Made by a program: the position numbers and the translations under genes. A DNA stretch of 64,000 bases from Candidatus Deferrimicrobiaceae bacterium (lineage in GTDB: Bacteria; Desulfobacterota; Deferrimicrobia; Deferrimicrobiales; Deferrimicrobiaceae): the NCBI GenBank assembly GCA_036504035.1, contig DASXVV010000006.1, positions 270,133 to 334,132 on the forward strand, written 5' to 3'. The notes under the pieces are model-generated. The model was not told the origin of the DNA. It saw nothing but the letters and a program-made list of their open reading frames with translations, and did not search any database. Each line of letters begins with the position of its first letter. Positions within the stretch are counted from its first letter, which is position 1. Positions 9,343 to 23,828 of this stretch are shown piece after piece.

Positions 9343-9762
9343 TCATCGGGAACTTCCCGGGGAACGGTCTTCAAGCGCGGACGGGAACAGGATATGGCCG
9401 ATCAGCCGCCGGTTGGGGGCAAATGCGTTGTAGGCGAGGGAGACAAGGGAGCAAACGATCGGGAGGCGAAGCAGCGGTGCGGCCCACCGGTAGCGGGGAA
9501 GGCGGTCGAGCAACTCCGGCGCGGCGGCGCCGCCGGCCAGGATTCGCCCGTCGGGCAGGACGAGGTGGACGACCCGGAAACAGTCGGTTCGCGCGACCCT
9601 CGGGTAGCGGCGCGACGCCTCTTCCGAACCGCACGGCAGGTACTCGAAGGCGCCGGGGGCGCACGACGCCTCAACCGCCGCGATCGCCTTCCGGCAGACC
9701 GGGCAACCCGCATCGTAGATCAGGACGGCGCGCCCTGGGGGCGCGGCACGGGAAGCAGCCAC
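9343..9762 (-). CDS. DCC1-like thiol-disulfide oxidoreductase family protein (DUF393)
   Basis: VLIYDAGCPVCRKAIAAVE, the N-terminal CxxC motif of DUF393. Confidence 0.55.
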   Translation of the reverse strand: MAASRAAPPGRAVLIYDAGCPVCRKAIAAVEASCAPGAFEYLPCGSEEASRRYPRVARTDCFRVVHLVLPDGRILAGGAAAPELLDRLPRYRWAAPLLRLPIVCSLVSLAYNAFAPNRRLIGHILFPSALEDRSPGSSR

Positions 9763-9791
9763 CGGACCCTCCCCTCCCGCCTCTTACGACG

Positions 9792-12985
<3,194 letters not shown>

Positions 12986-12989
<4 letters not shown>

Positions 12990-14158
12990 CGCGACACCCG
13001 CACCGGCACGCCGTCGGAAAGCCGGTCGACCTTCGAGACGGCCACTCGGGCGCCGGCGTCGACGCCCGAAAGGATCTCGACCCGGCCGCCGTCCGTCGCC
13101 CCGGCCTTGACCATCGAAAGGCGGGCGACGTTGTCCGGCGTCACGACGAACAGCGCGTCGAAGCCGCCGCGCGAGACGACCGCCGAGCGCGGGACGGAGA
13201 GCACCGACGCCTTGCCCATCGGCACCCGGACCCGCCCGAACAGGCCGGAGCGCAGGTCGGGTGCATTCAATGCCGCCTTGACGGTAAAGGTGCGGCTGCC
13301 GGGATCGACCGACGGGACGATCTCGGAAACCGTGGCGGGATATGTTTTCCCCGGCGCGGAATCGAGCGTCACGGAGACGCGGGTCCCGGGGTGCACCGAC
13401 GCCAGCTGCGTCTCGGGCACCGCCGCCTCGATGCGGTAGCTTCGCGGATCCTCGATCACCACGAGCGGCACGCCCGGCATCGCCATACTCCCGACCTCGG
13501 CCTTCTTCTCGACCACGATCCCCGCGAACGGCGCCACGACCCGCGACCACGCCAGCTGCGCCTCGACCGAACGCACCTGCCCCTGCGCCTGGACGATCTT
13601 CGCGGCGACCTGGGCGCGCTTCTCGATCGATCGCTCGTGCTCCTTGACCGCCAGCGTGCGACGCGTGCCGACCTCGTCGAACTCCTGCGGCGTGATCACG
13701 CGATCGTCGTGCAGCTTCGAATAACGGGCATACGTCGTCTCGGCCAGCGCGCGCCCGGCCTCGGCCTGCGCGATCGCCCGCTCGACCTCTTCCTTCGCCG
13801 CCTTCGCCTCGACCACCGCCCCCTGCGCGGAGGCGAGCTGCGCCCGGAGCGGCGCGTCATCGAGCGTGGCGATCGTCGCGCCCTTGCCCAGCCGCATCCC
13901 CTCGGACACCGGCATCGACAGGATGCGCCCCATCGCCTGCGGCGCGACCACCGCGACGGTCTTCGCGCGGACCGTGCCGACGAGGTCGACGAACGTGTCG
14001 CGCGACTCGGCCGCGACGACGATCATCTCGACGCCCTCGACCGGAGGACGCGCCGCGGGCGTCCCGCCCGTCTTGTCTTTCCCGCCGCACGCGACGATCA
14101 GCGACAACACCGCCGCGAGAAGCGCCCCCCTGCCGGCCCACCGGAACCGCATCATCAT
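12986..14158 (-). CDS. RND efflux periplasmic adaptor (membrane fusion protein), lipoprotein
   Basis: [26 protein letters not shown] lipobox signal; coiled-coil and beta-barrel regions. ATG overlaps the TolC stop (ATGA). Confidence 0.8.
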
Positions 14159-15570
14159 TTCCTCTCCCCCTGCCCTTCGGGCCGAATGCCCTGCGTCGCC
14201 CACGGCAGCAGCGTCCCGGTCGCGTACTCGAGATCGGCCTGCGCCTGCCGCAGGTCGTTGCCCGCCCGCACCTGCCCGGCCCGCGCGCCGTCGAGCGCGG
14301 ACTGCGCGTCGAGCAGGTCGATCATCTTCCCCAGCTGGTTCTCGTAGCGGGACCGGATCAGCCGAACCCCCTCCTCGGCCGCCGTTACCGCCTCGCGAGC
14401 GATCGCCACCCGGGACTCGGCGTCGGATACCGACAGGAATGCCGCCGAGACTTCGTATGCCGCCTGGTCGCCCGCCCCCCGGAGCTGCTCCTGCGCCTTG
14501 CGGCTCTCGAGGCGCGCGCGAGCGGTGGACGATTCCTTGCGCAGACCGTCGAACAGGTTCCAGTTGAGGCCGACGCCCACATTCCACGATCGGTTATCGG
14601 GATTGAACGGGCTTCCCCCGTCGAGCTGGTACCCTGCCTGGAATCCCACCGTGGGCAGCGACTCGGCGCGCTGGAGATCGATGTTCGCCGAGGCGTTCTT
14701 CACGCGCTCGGCGATGGCGGACAGGTCCGCACGCGCATCCCGAGCCGCGGCGATCCGCGTCTCGACCGAGCCGGCCGGCGGCATCGGCGGCATCACGCCC
14801 TGGGCGTCGATCGACGTCCCGCCGCGTTCGCCCATCGACAGCGCGAGCGCCTGGCGGGCCAGCGCGAGCCGATTCATTGACGTGACCGAGACGCTCTCGG
14901 CCTCGGCCATCGCCACACGCGCCCGAAGCACGTCGGACGCGAGCCCGACGCCTGCCTTCTCGATCTTGCCCGCGAGCGCATGGTGCTCCCGTGCTGCGGC
15001 AAGCGACGCGTCGGCGACCGACGCATATTCCCGGGCAGTCTGGACCCCGAGCCAGGCCAGGACGACACGCCGCACCGTTTCCTCGCGCGTCCGGGCGGCA
15101 TCCATCCCGCGCGCGCCCGCCTCGCGCTGCGCCATGCGGTATCCGAGAAACGCCTTGGGGGCGAAGAGCGGCTGCCGGAGCGAGAGGGAAGTCGTGAAAT
15201 CGCTCAAGGGGGCCGGATCGTTGAAACGCGCGACGGGGTCGGCGAAGTCGCCGGCCGTCAGCCGCTGGCGGTTCATCTTGAGGCCGAACACCTCGGCGGG
15301 CGCCGAGCTGCGGACGAATTTCTCTTCGAAGGAAAGACCGGGGAGGTTGAAGCTGCGCGCGATCTCGACGTCGCGCTTCGCCGCTTCGAGATCGAATCCG
15401 GCAACGGACACCGCCGCGTTGTGCAGGAACGCCCGGCGGACCGCCTCGGAAAAATCGACCGGCTCGGACGTCGTGTTGTCGGAAGCGAACGCAGGTGTGG
15501 CGGAAAGAAGGGCCGCGGCCGCGAGGACGGCAACGACGCCAAAACAACGGATGCGGTTCGGTCGGGCCAT
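14155..15570 (-). CDS. TolC-family outer-membrane efflux protein
   Basis: MARPNRIRCFGVVAVLAAAALLSATPAFA signal peptide; two-repeat TolC architecture. Confidence 0.8.
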   Translation of the reverse strand: MARPNRIRCFGVVAVLAAAALLSATPAFASDNTTSEPVDFSEAVRRAFLHNAAVSVAGFDLEAAKRDVEIARSFNLPGLSFEEKFVRSSAPAEVFGLKMNRQRLTAGDFADPVARFNDPAPLSDFTTSLSLRQPLFAPKAFLGYRMAQREAGARGMDAARTREETVRRVVLAWLGVQTAREYASVADASLAAAREHHALAGKIEKAGVGLASDVLRARVAMAEAESVSVTSMNRLALARQALALSMGERGGTSIDAQGVMPPMPPAGSVETRIAAARDARADLSAIAERVKNASANIDLQRAESLPTVGFQAGYQLDGGSPFNPDNRSWNVGVGLNWNLFDGLRKESSTARARLESRKAQEQLRGAGDQAAYEVSAAFLSVSDAESRVAIAREAVTAAEEGVRLIRSRYENQLGKMIDLLDAQSALDGARAGQVRAGNDLRQAQADLEYATGTLLPWATQGIRPEGQGERK

Positions 15571-15869
15571 CTTCTTGGTCTCCCTTGGCTTGCCCGGGTG
15601 TTGCCCGGGTTGCAACAACTGCGATACGGCAGAGATGCAACGCAAGGAAAATGCCACAACCGCCTGAGGGCGGGTCGTTTGGATTCTTTCTATTAAATCA
15701 CGTTGTTTCACCGGTTGGTAAAGCGTTCCGTTCGACTGAGTGCATCATCCCGATGCATTCTGCATCCGAAGCCCCCCCCCGGGGATGCCCCGGAAAATTC
15801 CGGAATAGCAAAACGGTTTCCCGATTGATACGCTATCGGCAACCCGGCCCTAAAAGGAGCCCTGCCCGC

Positions 15870-16838
15870 ATGAATGCCGATCGCTTGCGCACCTCCCCCG
15901 AACGCACCCTTTTCGTCACGGCCGCTATCTTCTCGGCTCTCTGCTGGCTGATCCTCCTCATCACGATCGTCGGAGCCGTTTACGGCGTCCTGATCGGCGC
16001 CTTCGTCTTCTTCGCCCACGCGGTCTTCATCGCCCACATCAGGGGCAACGGCGTGAAGATCACCGGGGATCAATTCCCCGAACTTCACGCGAAAATCGCC
16101 CTCGCATCCGAGCGCCTCGGACTGGTCACGCCGACCGAGGCCTACGTCATCCAGTCGGGCGGCATGCTCAACGCCTTCGCCACGCGCTTCCTCTCCCGAA
16201 ATTTCATCGTCCTCTACGCCGATCTCCTCGAAGCGTGCGGCGACGACGGGCACGAAACCGACATGATCATCGGGCACGAGGTCGGTCACCTTGCGTTGAA
16301 GCATCTGAAGCGGATGATTTTCCTGCTTCCGGCCCGAGTGGCGCCGTGGCTGGGCTCCGCCTATTCCAGGGCGTGCGAGTCTTCGTGCGATTTATGCGGG
16401 ATGGAAGTTGCCGGCGACCTCGAAGGATCGATTCGCGGGCTGGCGATCCTGGCCACCGGCGGGAAGTATGCCCGGCGCCTCGACGTCGACGCCTATATGA
16501 AACAAGTCGGGGAAACCAACGGTTTCTGGATGTCGGTCTGCGAACTGAACGCCAGCCACCCGTTTCTCTCGAAGCGGATCGCCAGTCTGATCAACCATCG
16601 TAATCCCGGGACCATTCCGGTCCCGGGCCGCCACCCGCTGGCCTATCCGGTGGCCCCGTTCCTCGGAGTCGGTCCGGCCTCCGGTGGGTCGGGCGGTCTG
16701 GTGATGGTGATGATCCTCGGGATCCTCGCCGCGATCGCCATTCCGAATTACATGCAGTTCAAGGAGAAGGCGGAAAAAGCGGCAGCCGCCCGTCATGAAT
16801 TGCGCCTTCCGCCGATCCCGGCGTCTACTTCCCCTTGA
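15870..16838 (+). CDS. M48-family zinc metallopeptidase (HtpX-like) with N-terminal TM helices and a pilin-like C-terminal helix
   Basis: HEVGHLALKH zincin motif. Hydrophobic N-terminus. C-terminus ...GGLVMVMILGILAAIAIPNYMQFKEKAEKAAA. Confidence 0.7.
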   Translation: MNADRLRTSPERTLFVTAAIFSALCWLILLITIVGAVYGVLIGAFVFFAHAVFIAHIRGNGVKITGDQFPELHAKIALASERLGLVTPTEAYVIQSGGMLNAFATRFLSRNFIVLYADLLEACGDDGHETDMIIGHEVGHLALKHLKRMIFLLPARVAPWLGSAYSRACESSCDLCGMEVAGDLEGSIRGLAILATGGKYARRLDVDAYMKQVGETNGFWMSVCELNASHPFLSKRIASLINHRNPGTIPVPGRHPLAYPVAPFLGVGPASGGSGGLVMVMILGILAAIAIPNYMQFKEKAEKAAAARHELRLPPIPASTSP

Positions 16839-19503
16839 TCACCGCGATCGTGTACTTCTCGGTGGAGAGCACCTTCTTCGCCATCGCATTGACCTGGTCG
16901 AGCGTGACCGCCTGGATCAGCTCGGGCGCCTTGAACGTCTCTTCGTAGCCGGTCCCGTACAACTCGTTGTACATCATCCGGTCGGCGTAGGCGCCGTTGC
17001 TCTGGAGACCGATCTCGTAGTTGCCGATCATCCATTTCTTCGCGCGGTCGAATTCTTCCTGCGTCACGCCGTGATCGCGGACGTCGGCGATCTCCTTCAG
17101 CGTATCGGCGATGGCCACGTCGAGCTTGTCGCTGCTCGTCCCCATGTAGAACGCGAAGAAGCCGGGGTCGACCTGCTCGGAGGAGAAGGAGGTCACCGAG
17201 TAGGCGAGCGATTTCTTGTCGCGCAGGTTGGTGAAGAGGCGGCCTCCCATTCCCGCAAGCGCCGAGCCCAGCACGTCGAGCGGGTACCGCTCGGAATCGG
17301 TGAACGTCAGCCCGGGATAGCCGATGACGAAATGCGCCTGCTCCTTGGTGCGCTGCTCCTCGGCCTTGCGGATGCCGTCGGCCGGAGGGACCGGAAGCGC
17401 TCCCAGGACCCCGAATCCCTTGCGCTGCGGCATCGCGCCGAACGCGTCACGCACCATGGCGATCGCCTCGTCGGTGCCGATGTCGCCGGAGACCGTGACC
17501 ACGAGGTTGCGCGGGTCGGACCAGCGCTCAAAGTATGCCTTGACCGCCTCGGGCGTCAGCGCCTTGATCGTCTCCTCGGTGCCCAGCGGGTTGCGCGAAT
17601 ACGGGTGTTCGCCGTAGTGCGTCGCGAGGAACAGGAGAAAGACGGACTGCGTCAGCTCGTCCTTCTGCAGCTTGAGGCGGCCGAGCATCTCCTTGCGTTT
17701 CTTCTCGAGCTCGTCGGCCGGGAAGGTCGGCGACAGCAGCGATTCGGTGAACAGCGCGAAGCCCTTGTCGAAATCGCGCCGCATGAACTTGGCGCGCAGG
17801 CCGAACGAGTTGCGGCCGGCGAAGGACGACAGATCGCCCGCCATGTCCTCGACCGCCACGGCGATCTCGCGCGCGTTGCGCTTCGGGGTCCCCTTGGTCA
17901 GCAGCTCGGCCATGACGGCGCTGACGCCGCCCTGTTCCTTCGGCTCGGCGCGAAGGCCGCCCAGGAAGCCGGCTTCGACGGACACGACCGGGACGGCGTG
18001 ATTCTCGCGAACGATGACCCGGATGCCGTTCTCGAGCGTCTCTTTCCGGACCGCGCCCGACGGCTTCTTCGCGGCTTTCGCCCCTTCCTTCGACGCCTCG
18101 GCCCAGATCTCGGCCGCAATCCGGCGAACGGCGTCCTCGGACAGGTGCGACCCGTCGCCCTTCGGCAGGACGGCCGACACGGTGAGCTTCTCGGGCGACA
18201 GGCAGCTTTTCGCCACCCGGAGAATGTCGGCGGCGGTCACGGCTCGGATCTTCTGGATGTATTGCTCTTCGAAGGCCGCGTCGCCCAGCGCCGTCTCGAA
18301 GAAGCCGACGTGGCGCGCCAGCGACCCCTGCGACTCGAGCGAATAGAGAAAATCGCTCTCGGTGCCGGTCTTGGCACGCGCCAGCTCGGGGCCTTGCGGC
18401 AGCTCGAACGCCATTCGGAACGTCTGGCGCAGGATCTCGCGATAGGCGTCCTCGGCCTTGTCGGGCGCGGCGGTCGCTCCGACCATCAGGAGCCCCGCAT
18501 CCCGCGGCGTGTAGGAATAGGCGCTGATCGAGTCGACGAGCTGCTTCTTGTCCTTCACCTCATGATAGAGACGGGAGGTCTGGCCGCCCCCGAGGATGAT
18601 CGAGAGCAGGTCCCACGCGAACACGTCGTTGTCGGCGATCGCGGGGCCGTGGAAGCCCAGGTCGAGGTAGACGCGGCGCGCGTCGCGCTCCTGCACCTTG
18701 ACCCGGATGGCGTCCTGCGGCGGCTCTGGCGGCCGGAGATCCACCGGCGCCGGGGCGGCGGGCAGCCCGCCGAAGATCTTCTGGATGACGGGCCGCGACG
18801 CCTTTGCGTCGATGCCGCCGGTGATCACGAGCACCATGTTGGACGGAACGTAATGCCGTCTGAAATAGGCGAGCAGGTCTTCGCGCGTCGTCGCCTTGAT
18901 GGTTTCGGGATAGCCGATCACGGGACGCCCGTACGGGTGGACCGTGTAGGCGGTGCGGAAAAGCGCCTTGGATCCGACGCGGCCGGGGTCGTCCTCGTTC
19001 ATGTGCACTTCCTCGAGGATGACCTCGAGCTCGCGCTTGAGCTCGTTCTCGTCGAAGAGCGAGTCGCCGAGCGTGTCGGCCAGGATGTCGAGCGCATTTT
19101 CGAGGTAGCGGCCTGAAATGGTGATGTGGTAGACGGTCTGGTCGAAGCTGGTGTAGGCGTTGATCTCGCCGCCCAACGCCTCGACCTCGCGCGCGATCTG
19201 GTTGGGGCCGCGCCGATGCGTCCCCTTGAACGCCATGTGCTCGAGGATGTGGGACATGCCGGCCCGGACTTCGGGCTCGGTGGTGCTGCCCGCCTTGACC
19301 CAGACCTGGACCGCCACGACGGGGGACGAGCGGTTTTCACGAATCACGACCGTCAGGCCGTTGCCCAGCGTGTACTTGTCGATCACCTTTGCCTCCTCGG
19401 ACGGGGACGCTTCGCCCGCCGCGTTGACTGTGCTGCCGAATCCGAACCCTGCCACCAGCGCCGCCAGAAGAAGGCATAACACCGCATTCCGTACGTCTCT
19501 CAT
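16825..19503 (-). CDS. Secreted M16-family zinc peptidase, two tandem pitrilysin units in one polypeptide
   Basis: Signal peptide MRDVRNAVLCLLLAALVAGFG; HILEHMAFKG inverted zincin motif; 892 aa with a second inactive-type M16 half. Confidence 0.8.
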   Translation of the reverse strand: MRDVRNAVLCLLLAALVAGFGFGSTVNAAGEASPSEEAKVIDKYTLGNGLTVVIRENRSSPVVAVQVWVKAGSTTEPEVRAGMSHILEHMAFKGTHRRGPNQIAREVEALGGEINAYTSFDQTVYHITISGRYLENALDILADTLGDSLFDENELKRELEVILEEVHMNEDDPGRVGSKALFRTAYTVHPYGRPVIGYPETIKATTREDLLAYFRRHYVPSNMVLVITGGIDAKASRPVIQKIFGGLPAAPAPVDLRPPEPPQDAIRVKVQERDARRVYLDLGFHGPAIADNDVFAWDLLSIILGGGQTSRLYHEVKDKKQLVDSISAYSYTPRDAGLLMVGATAAPDKAEDAYREILRQTFRMAFELPQGPELARAKTGTESDFLYSLESQGSLARHVGFFETALGDAAFEEQYIQKIRAVTAADILRVAKSCLSPEKLTVSAVLPKGDGSHLSEDAVRRIAAEIWAEASKEGAKAAKKPSGAVRKETLENGIRVIVRENHAVPVVSVEAGFLGGLRAEPKEQGGVSAVMAELLTKGTPKRNAREIAVAVEDMAGDLSSFAGRNSFGLRAKFMRRDFDKGFALFTESLLSPTFPADELEKKRKEMLGRLKLQKDELTQSVFLLFLATHYGEHPYSRNPLGTEETIKALTPEAVKAYFERWSDPRNLVVTVSGDIGTDEAIAMVRDAFGAMPQRKGFGVLGALPVPPADGIRKAEEQRTKEQAHFVIGYPGLTFTDSERYPLDVLGSALAGMGGRLFTNLRDKKSLAYSVTSFSSEQVDPGFFAFYMGTSSDKLDVAIADTLKEIADVRDHGVTQEEFDRAKKWMIGNYEIGLQSNGAYADRMMYNELYGTGYEETFKAPELIQAVTLDQVNAMAKKVLSTEKYTIAVIKGK

Positions 19504-19595
19504 CGCACGCCCCGACCTGTTCCGATTCTAATGGGATTTTTTAGATGTCGGTGTCCCGGCGCGGATTCGAAGCCGCCGGGACACCCGATGCAAGA

Positions 19596-20954
19596 CTACC
19601 GCGGGCGCGACGAAGAGGACGTCGGCCGACGCGAATCCTTGCGGGGGCCTGTGCCGTAGCGCGACGGCTTGCCCGCCTGCTCGAAGCGGCGACGCTGCGC
19701 CGAGTGGATATTGGCATCGGCCGGGGACGACGCGGCGAAGTCGGCGGCGCTGATCACGTAAGGATTCTTGAGCAGCTTCGACTTGGTCGGCTCGAGCGCG
19801 GTCGGCGGCCCCGGGTTGAGCTCGGAGCGGTACGCGTGGTTGTCGACGATCTTCAGGTGTTTCTTGATGAGCCGTTCGACGGACTGCAGGAACGGCCGCT
19901 CCTCGATGGCGCAGAACGAGAAAGCGACGCCGGTCAGCCCGGCGCGGCCGGTGCGGCCGATCCGGTGGACGTAGCTCTCGGGCTCGTTGGGCAGGTCGTA
20001 GTTGATGACGTGGGACAGCTCGTTGATGTCGAGGCCGCGCGCGGCGATGTCGGTGGCGACGAGCACGCGCGTGCTTCCCTTCTTGAAGGCGGCCAGCGCC
20101 CGCTCGCGGGCGTTCTGGGACCGGTCTCCGTGGATCGCCTCGACGCGGATGCCGGCGCGCTGGAGCGACCGCTCGATCCGGTCGGCGCCGTGCTTGGTGC
20201 GCGAGAAGACGAGCGCGTTCTTGACGTCGTCGCCGACGAGCAGCTCTTTCAGCAGGTCGATCTTGTTGGACTTCTCGACGTAGTAGACGAACTGCTCGAT
20301 CATGTCGGCCGTCGCCGCGACGGGCGTGACCGCGACCTCGACCGGGTCGCGCAGGATCGTGTCGGCCAGGCGGCGGATGTCGTAGGGCATCGTCGCCGAG
20401 AACATGAGCGTCTGGCGCTCCTTCGGGATCAGCTCGATGATGCGGCGGATGTCGTTGATGAAGCCCATGTCGAGCATCCGGTCGGCCTCGTCGAGGACCA
20501 GCGTCTCGACCTTGTCGAGATAGACGAAGCGCTGCTGGATCAGGTCGAGCAGCCGTCCCGGCGTGGCGACCAGGACATCGACGCCCTTGCGCAGGGCATC
20601 GGTCTGGGGCCGCTGGCTGACGCCGCCGAAGACGACGGTGTTGCGCAGCGCGGTGTATCGGCCGTAGGCGGTGAACGAATCGGCGATCTGGCTCGCCAGC
20701 TCGCGGGTCGGCGAAAGCACCAGGCAGCGGATGTTGCGCCGCCCGCTCTTCAGCGGCTCGGCCGAGAGGCGATTGAGGATCGGCAGCGCGAACGCCGCGG
20801 TCTTGCCCGTGCCGGTCTGGGCGCAGCCGAGCAGGTCTTTCCCTTCCATCACGTGGGGAATGGCCTTCTCTTGAATGGGGGTGGGGGTTTCGTACTTTTC
20901 GGCCTTGACGGCGCGAAGAATCTCGGGCGAGAGCCCGAACTCGTCGAACTTCAT
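19596..20954 (-). CDS. DEAD-box ATP-dependent RNA helicase (RhlE/DeaD-like)
   Basis: Q-motif then AQTGTGKT (motif I), [15 protein letters not shown], plus an Arg-rich basic C-terminal tail. Confidence 0.85.
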   Translation of the reverse strand: MKFDEFGLSPEILRAVKAEKYETPTPIQEKAIPHVMEGKDLLGCAQTGTGKTAAFALPILNRLSAEPLKSGRRNIRCLVLSPTRELASQIADSFTAYGRYTALRNTVVFGGVSQRPQTDALRKGVDVLVATPGRLLDLIQQRFVYLDKVETLVLDEADRMLDMGFINDIRRIIELIPKERQTLMFSATMPYDIRRLADTILRDPVEVAVTPVAATADMIEQFVYYVEKSNKIDLLKELLVGDDVKNALVFSRTKHGADRIERSLQRAGIRVEAIHGDRSQNARERALAAFKKGSTRVLVATDIAARGLDINELSHVINYDLPNEPESYVHRIGRTGRAGLTGVAFSFCAIEERPFLQSVERLIKKHLKIVDNHAYRSELNPGPPTALEPTKSKLLKNPYVISAADFAASSPADANIHSAQRRRFEQAGKPSRYGTGPRKDSRRPTSSSSRPR

Positions 20955-21525
20955 GCAATTGCTCCTTCTTTTTACCGGCGGCGTTCGGAAGTTTCCCAAG
21001 GCGCACGCAAGTGTGCCAGGGAGGAAAGCCGCGGTTGCAGTGGGATCACCACGCGCAATCCGCGGAGACGGGACCATCCCGCCGCCCAATCTTCCGAAGG
21101 TAAAGACCCTGACGCATCGCAGGGTGAGTAAGGAAGGGATTGCAGTTCGTGATTTGCCAAGCTGGGTCCACTATACACGCCGTGCGGGAAAACGCAAGCC
21201 CGCCAAGCCGCGCGGCGGTGGCGACGGCTTTTCTCGCATGAGCGGGGGGTATTTTCGGGGTACGGCTTGCTCACGCATCCCTGCGTTCGCTGCGCCTCGG
21301 GTACCCGCTCGCGGCGCCCTCCATGGCGCCCCAAACCGCTCGGGGCACACGCCCCCGAAAATGCCCCCACCGCTATGCGATCACCGTCGCCGTGACGCTT
21401 GCCGAAGCGGGGCGCCCGAATGCCGCGTGATCCGTAGCGGAGCGGGCAGGGGGGTCTGAACGCAGTGCCGGTGGATAGAAGTGTTGCGGCTGACGACGGA
21501 GTGAGCGGCCCCCCTCCCGCGGAGC

Positions 21526-22497
21526 CTAGGATTTCAGGGCATTCGGCTCACGCTTCCAGAGGCGTCCCAGGGCGGCCGTCAGGGCGAACGCGAGGAGGGT
21601 GCGGATGCCGAGGATCATCGACATGCTGCCGCCAATGGCGCCGAACACCAGCGTGTCCTCGACCACGGCGTGGCACGTCGCAAGGAAAAGCCCCATCAGG
21701 AAGAGGTCGCGCTTCGGGAGCCCCTTTTCCTGCGCCACCCGGATGATGATTCCGGCCCCGTAGGCGATGCCGAGAAAAATGCCCGTGAACAGCGGGACGG
21801 CGGAATCGGCGGTCAGCCCCATCCCGCGCATCGCCGGGTCGACCGCGCGCCCGGCCTTCCGGAAGACCGGCATGTGCCGCAACAGCTCGAACAGCGCGAC
21901 GAGCGGCACGATGATCAGCACCAGCTTGGCCGAAAGCCGGAGCGCGCCCAGAAGGCTGTTTCCCAGCGCATCGGCGAAGGGAAGCCGGATCGCCACGGAC
22001 GCCGTGGCTGCGGCGACCGCCTTGACCGGGGCGGCCCCCGTCAGATCGAGCAGCCCGAGCAACCGGGCTCCGTTGAGCCCCAGCCCGGCGACGATCGCCA
22101 GCAGAATCCGCAGCAGCGTCAGCGCCGTCCCGCGCGTCCCCGTGCTGCCCAGGACGCCTCCTTCGAGGAGCAGGTTGTGGGCGATCCCCATCATCAGCCC
22201 GCACTGCGTCACCTGGAACGCGTCGAGGCCCAGAGGCACGATGATCGCGAGCCCCGCGTAGATGTTGAGCAGCCCCGCGGCGACGAAGGCGAAGGCCGAC
22301 GTGCCCGGCAGCCCGAACAGCGCCATCGCGGGGGCGAACAGACGCCCCAGCGCATCGACCGCGGGCGTCGTGGTCTTGAGCAGGTCGACCCCGACATAGA
22401 TCGGGAAGGTGATCCGGGCGATCTTCAGCGCCGTACGGAAGCCGCCGGACAGGCCGGTGCGCAAGCGCGTGCGGATATCGGGAGCCTCGGGCAACAT
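21526..22497 (-). CDS. Nucleoside-recognition (Gate) domain membrane protein
   Basis: Polytopic 323-aa protein with two Gate-like halves. Family assignment is tentative. Confidence 0.45.
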   Translation of the reverse strand: MLPEAPDIRTRLRTGLSGGFRTALKIARITFPIYVGVDLLKTTTPAVDALGRLFAPAMALFGLPGTSAFAFVAAGLLNIYAGLAIIVPLGLDAFQVTQCGLMMGIAHNLLLEGGVLGSTGTRGTALTLLRILLAIVAGLGLNGARLLGLLDLTGAAPVKAVAAATASVAIRLPFADALGNSLLGALRLSAKLVLIIVPLVALFELLRHMPVFRKAGRAVDPAMRGMGLTADSAVPLFTGIFLGIAYGAGIIIRVAQEKGLPKRDLFLMGLFLATCHAVVEDTLVFGAIGGSMSMILGIRTLLAFALTAALGRLWKREPNALKS

Positions 22498-22565
22498 GGT
22501 CTATCAGGGTACCAAATGCGATACGCCGGGAATGCTATAATTTTCCGTTCATAAGGAGGGAACTC

Positions 22566-23051
22566 ATGCCATCGTTCGATATCGTGTCCACGGTCGACAT
22601 GCAGGAAGTCGACAATGCGGTCAACCAGGCCATCAAGGAAATCGGGCAGCGCTACGACTTCAAGGGATCGAAGAGCGAGTTGACCCTCGAGAAGGAGGGC
22701 ATCAAAGTGCTCTCCGACGACGACTACAAGCTCAAGGCGGTCATCGACGTCCTGCAGTCCAAGCTCCTGAAGCGCGGCATCTCGATCAAGGCGCTCGAGT
22801 ACGGCAAGGTCGAGCCGGCGAGCGGCGGCGCCGTCCGCCAGATGATCACGATCCAGCAGGGCATCTCCAAGGAGAAGGGGAAGGAAATCAACGCCCTCAT
22901 CAAGGAGAGCAAGCTCAAGGTGCAGTCGCAGATCCAGGACGAGCAGGTCCGGGTGACCGGCAAGAACCGCGACGACCTGCAGGCGGCCATTGCGCTTTTC
23001 AAGGGGAAGGATCTCGGCATCGACATGCAATACGTCAACTTCCGGGACTAG
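22566..23051 (+). CDS. yajQ: YajQ-family (UPF0234) nucleotide/c-di-GMP-binding protein
   Basis: [35 protein letters not shown] is an almost canonical YajQ N-terminus; 161 aa. Confidence 0.8.
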   Translation: MPSFDIVSTVDMQEVDNAVNQAIKEIGQRYDFKGSKSELTLEKEGIKVLSDDDYKLKAVIDVLQSKLLKRGISIKALEYGKVEPASGGAVRQMITIQQGISKEKGKEINALIKESKLKVQSQIQDEQVRVTGKNRDDLQAAIALFKGKDLGIDMQYVNFRD

Positions 23052-23065
23052 CGGGAAGCGCCCGC

Positions 23066-23806
23066 TTGCGCCTGGGAAAAGCCATCGCCGTCTCGCTGGC
23101 CATTCACCTGCTGGCGGCCGGATGCGTCGCCATCGGTTCCGGGATCAAGCGGTACACCCGGAAGCCGGCGCCCGATGCCGTCTTCGCCGAGCTGTTGCCG
23201 CCTTCGCCCGCTCCGGCCCCCGACACCGCTCACCGATTGCCCGACCAACTCGCCGAAACGCCGATGCCGGCACAGGCGCAGGAAACGCCCCCGGATCCGC
23301 CCGCGACCCGCGAACCCTCGCCCCCGCCGGCGCCCACCGCCGCGCAGCCGCCGCCCCGGCCTGCGTCTGTCTCGACTGCGGCTGTCTCAACTGCCGCCCT
23401 CGCGACGTCGCCCGTTTCCCCGGCCGACAACGCCGCGGTCGCCTCTCCCGGCGAAATGCCCGATCGCCAATCGTCCGATATCACCCGGATGCACCGCATG
23501 GCGGCGATCTCGACGGCGGCGTTCTACAGGGACGTGCCCGCCGAGCTTTCGCAGGTGATCAATTCGGTTCTGGAGGGGGGAACGCTCCTGTCGCAGGGCG
23601 ACGCCCTCATCCACATGGACGTAACGCCCGCGGGGCAGGTGGGACAGGCGCACATCCAGGCCAACTCCCCCGCACTCCTCAACCGGCTCGAGCAGGTCGA
23701 GTGGACCCGGACGCTGCCGCCCCGGCCGATGGCGGCCTGCAACGCCATCCACCTTCGGATCTCGGTCGTGGGCAACGACATCCAGGTCAACGTCGAGTTT
23801 CTCTGA
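23066..23806 (+). CDS. Proline-rich membrane-anchored protein, TonB-like architecture
   Basis: N-terminal anchor MRLGKAIAVSLAIHLLAAG; a long Pro/Ala-rich spacer; then a C-terminal globular domain that does not clearly match the TonB C-terminal domain. Confidence 0.4.
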   Translation: MRLGKAIAVSLAIHLLAAGCVAIGSGIKRYTRKPAPDAVFAELLPPSPAPAPDTAHRLPDQLAETPMPAQAQETPPDPPATREPSPPPAPTAAQPPPRPASVSTAAVSTAALATSPVSPADNAAVASPGEMPDRQSSDITRMHRMAAISTAAFYRDVPAELSQVINSVLEGGTLLSQGDALIHMDVTPAGQVGQAHIQANSPALLNRLEQVEWTRTLPPRPMAACNAIHLRISVVGNDIQVNVEFL

Positions 23807-23828
23807 CCCGGCGCGCCCCGGCCGCCGC

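Noticed and set aside
20972-21459. ORFs 20972-21370 (-) and 20875-21459 (+) in the helicase upstream region.
   Set aside because: Low-complexity Arg/Pro-rich translations with no start context. The region is treated as an untranslated leader instead.
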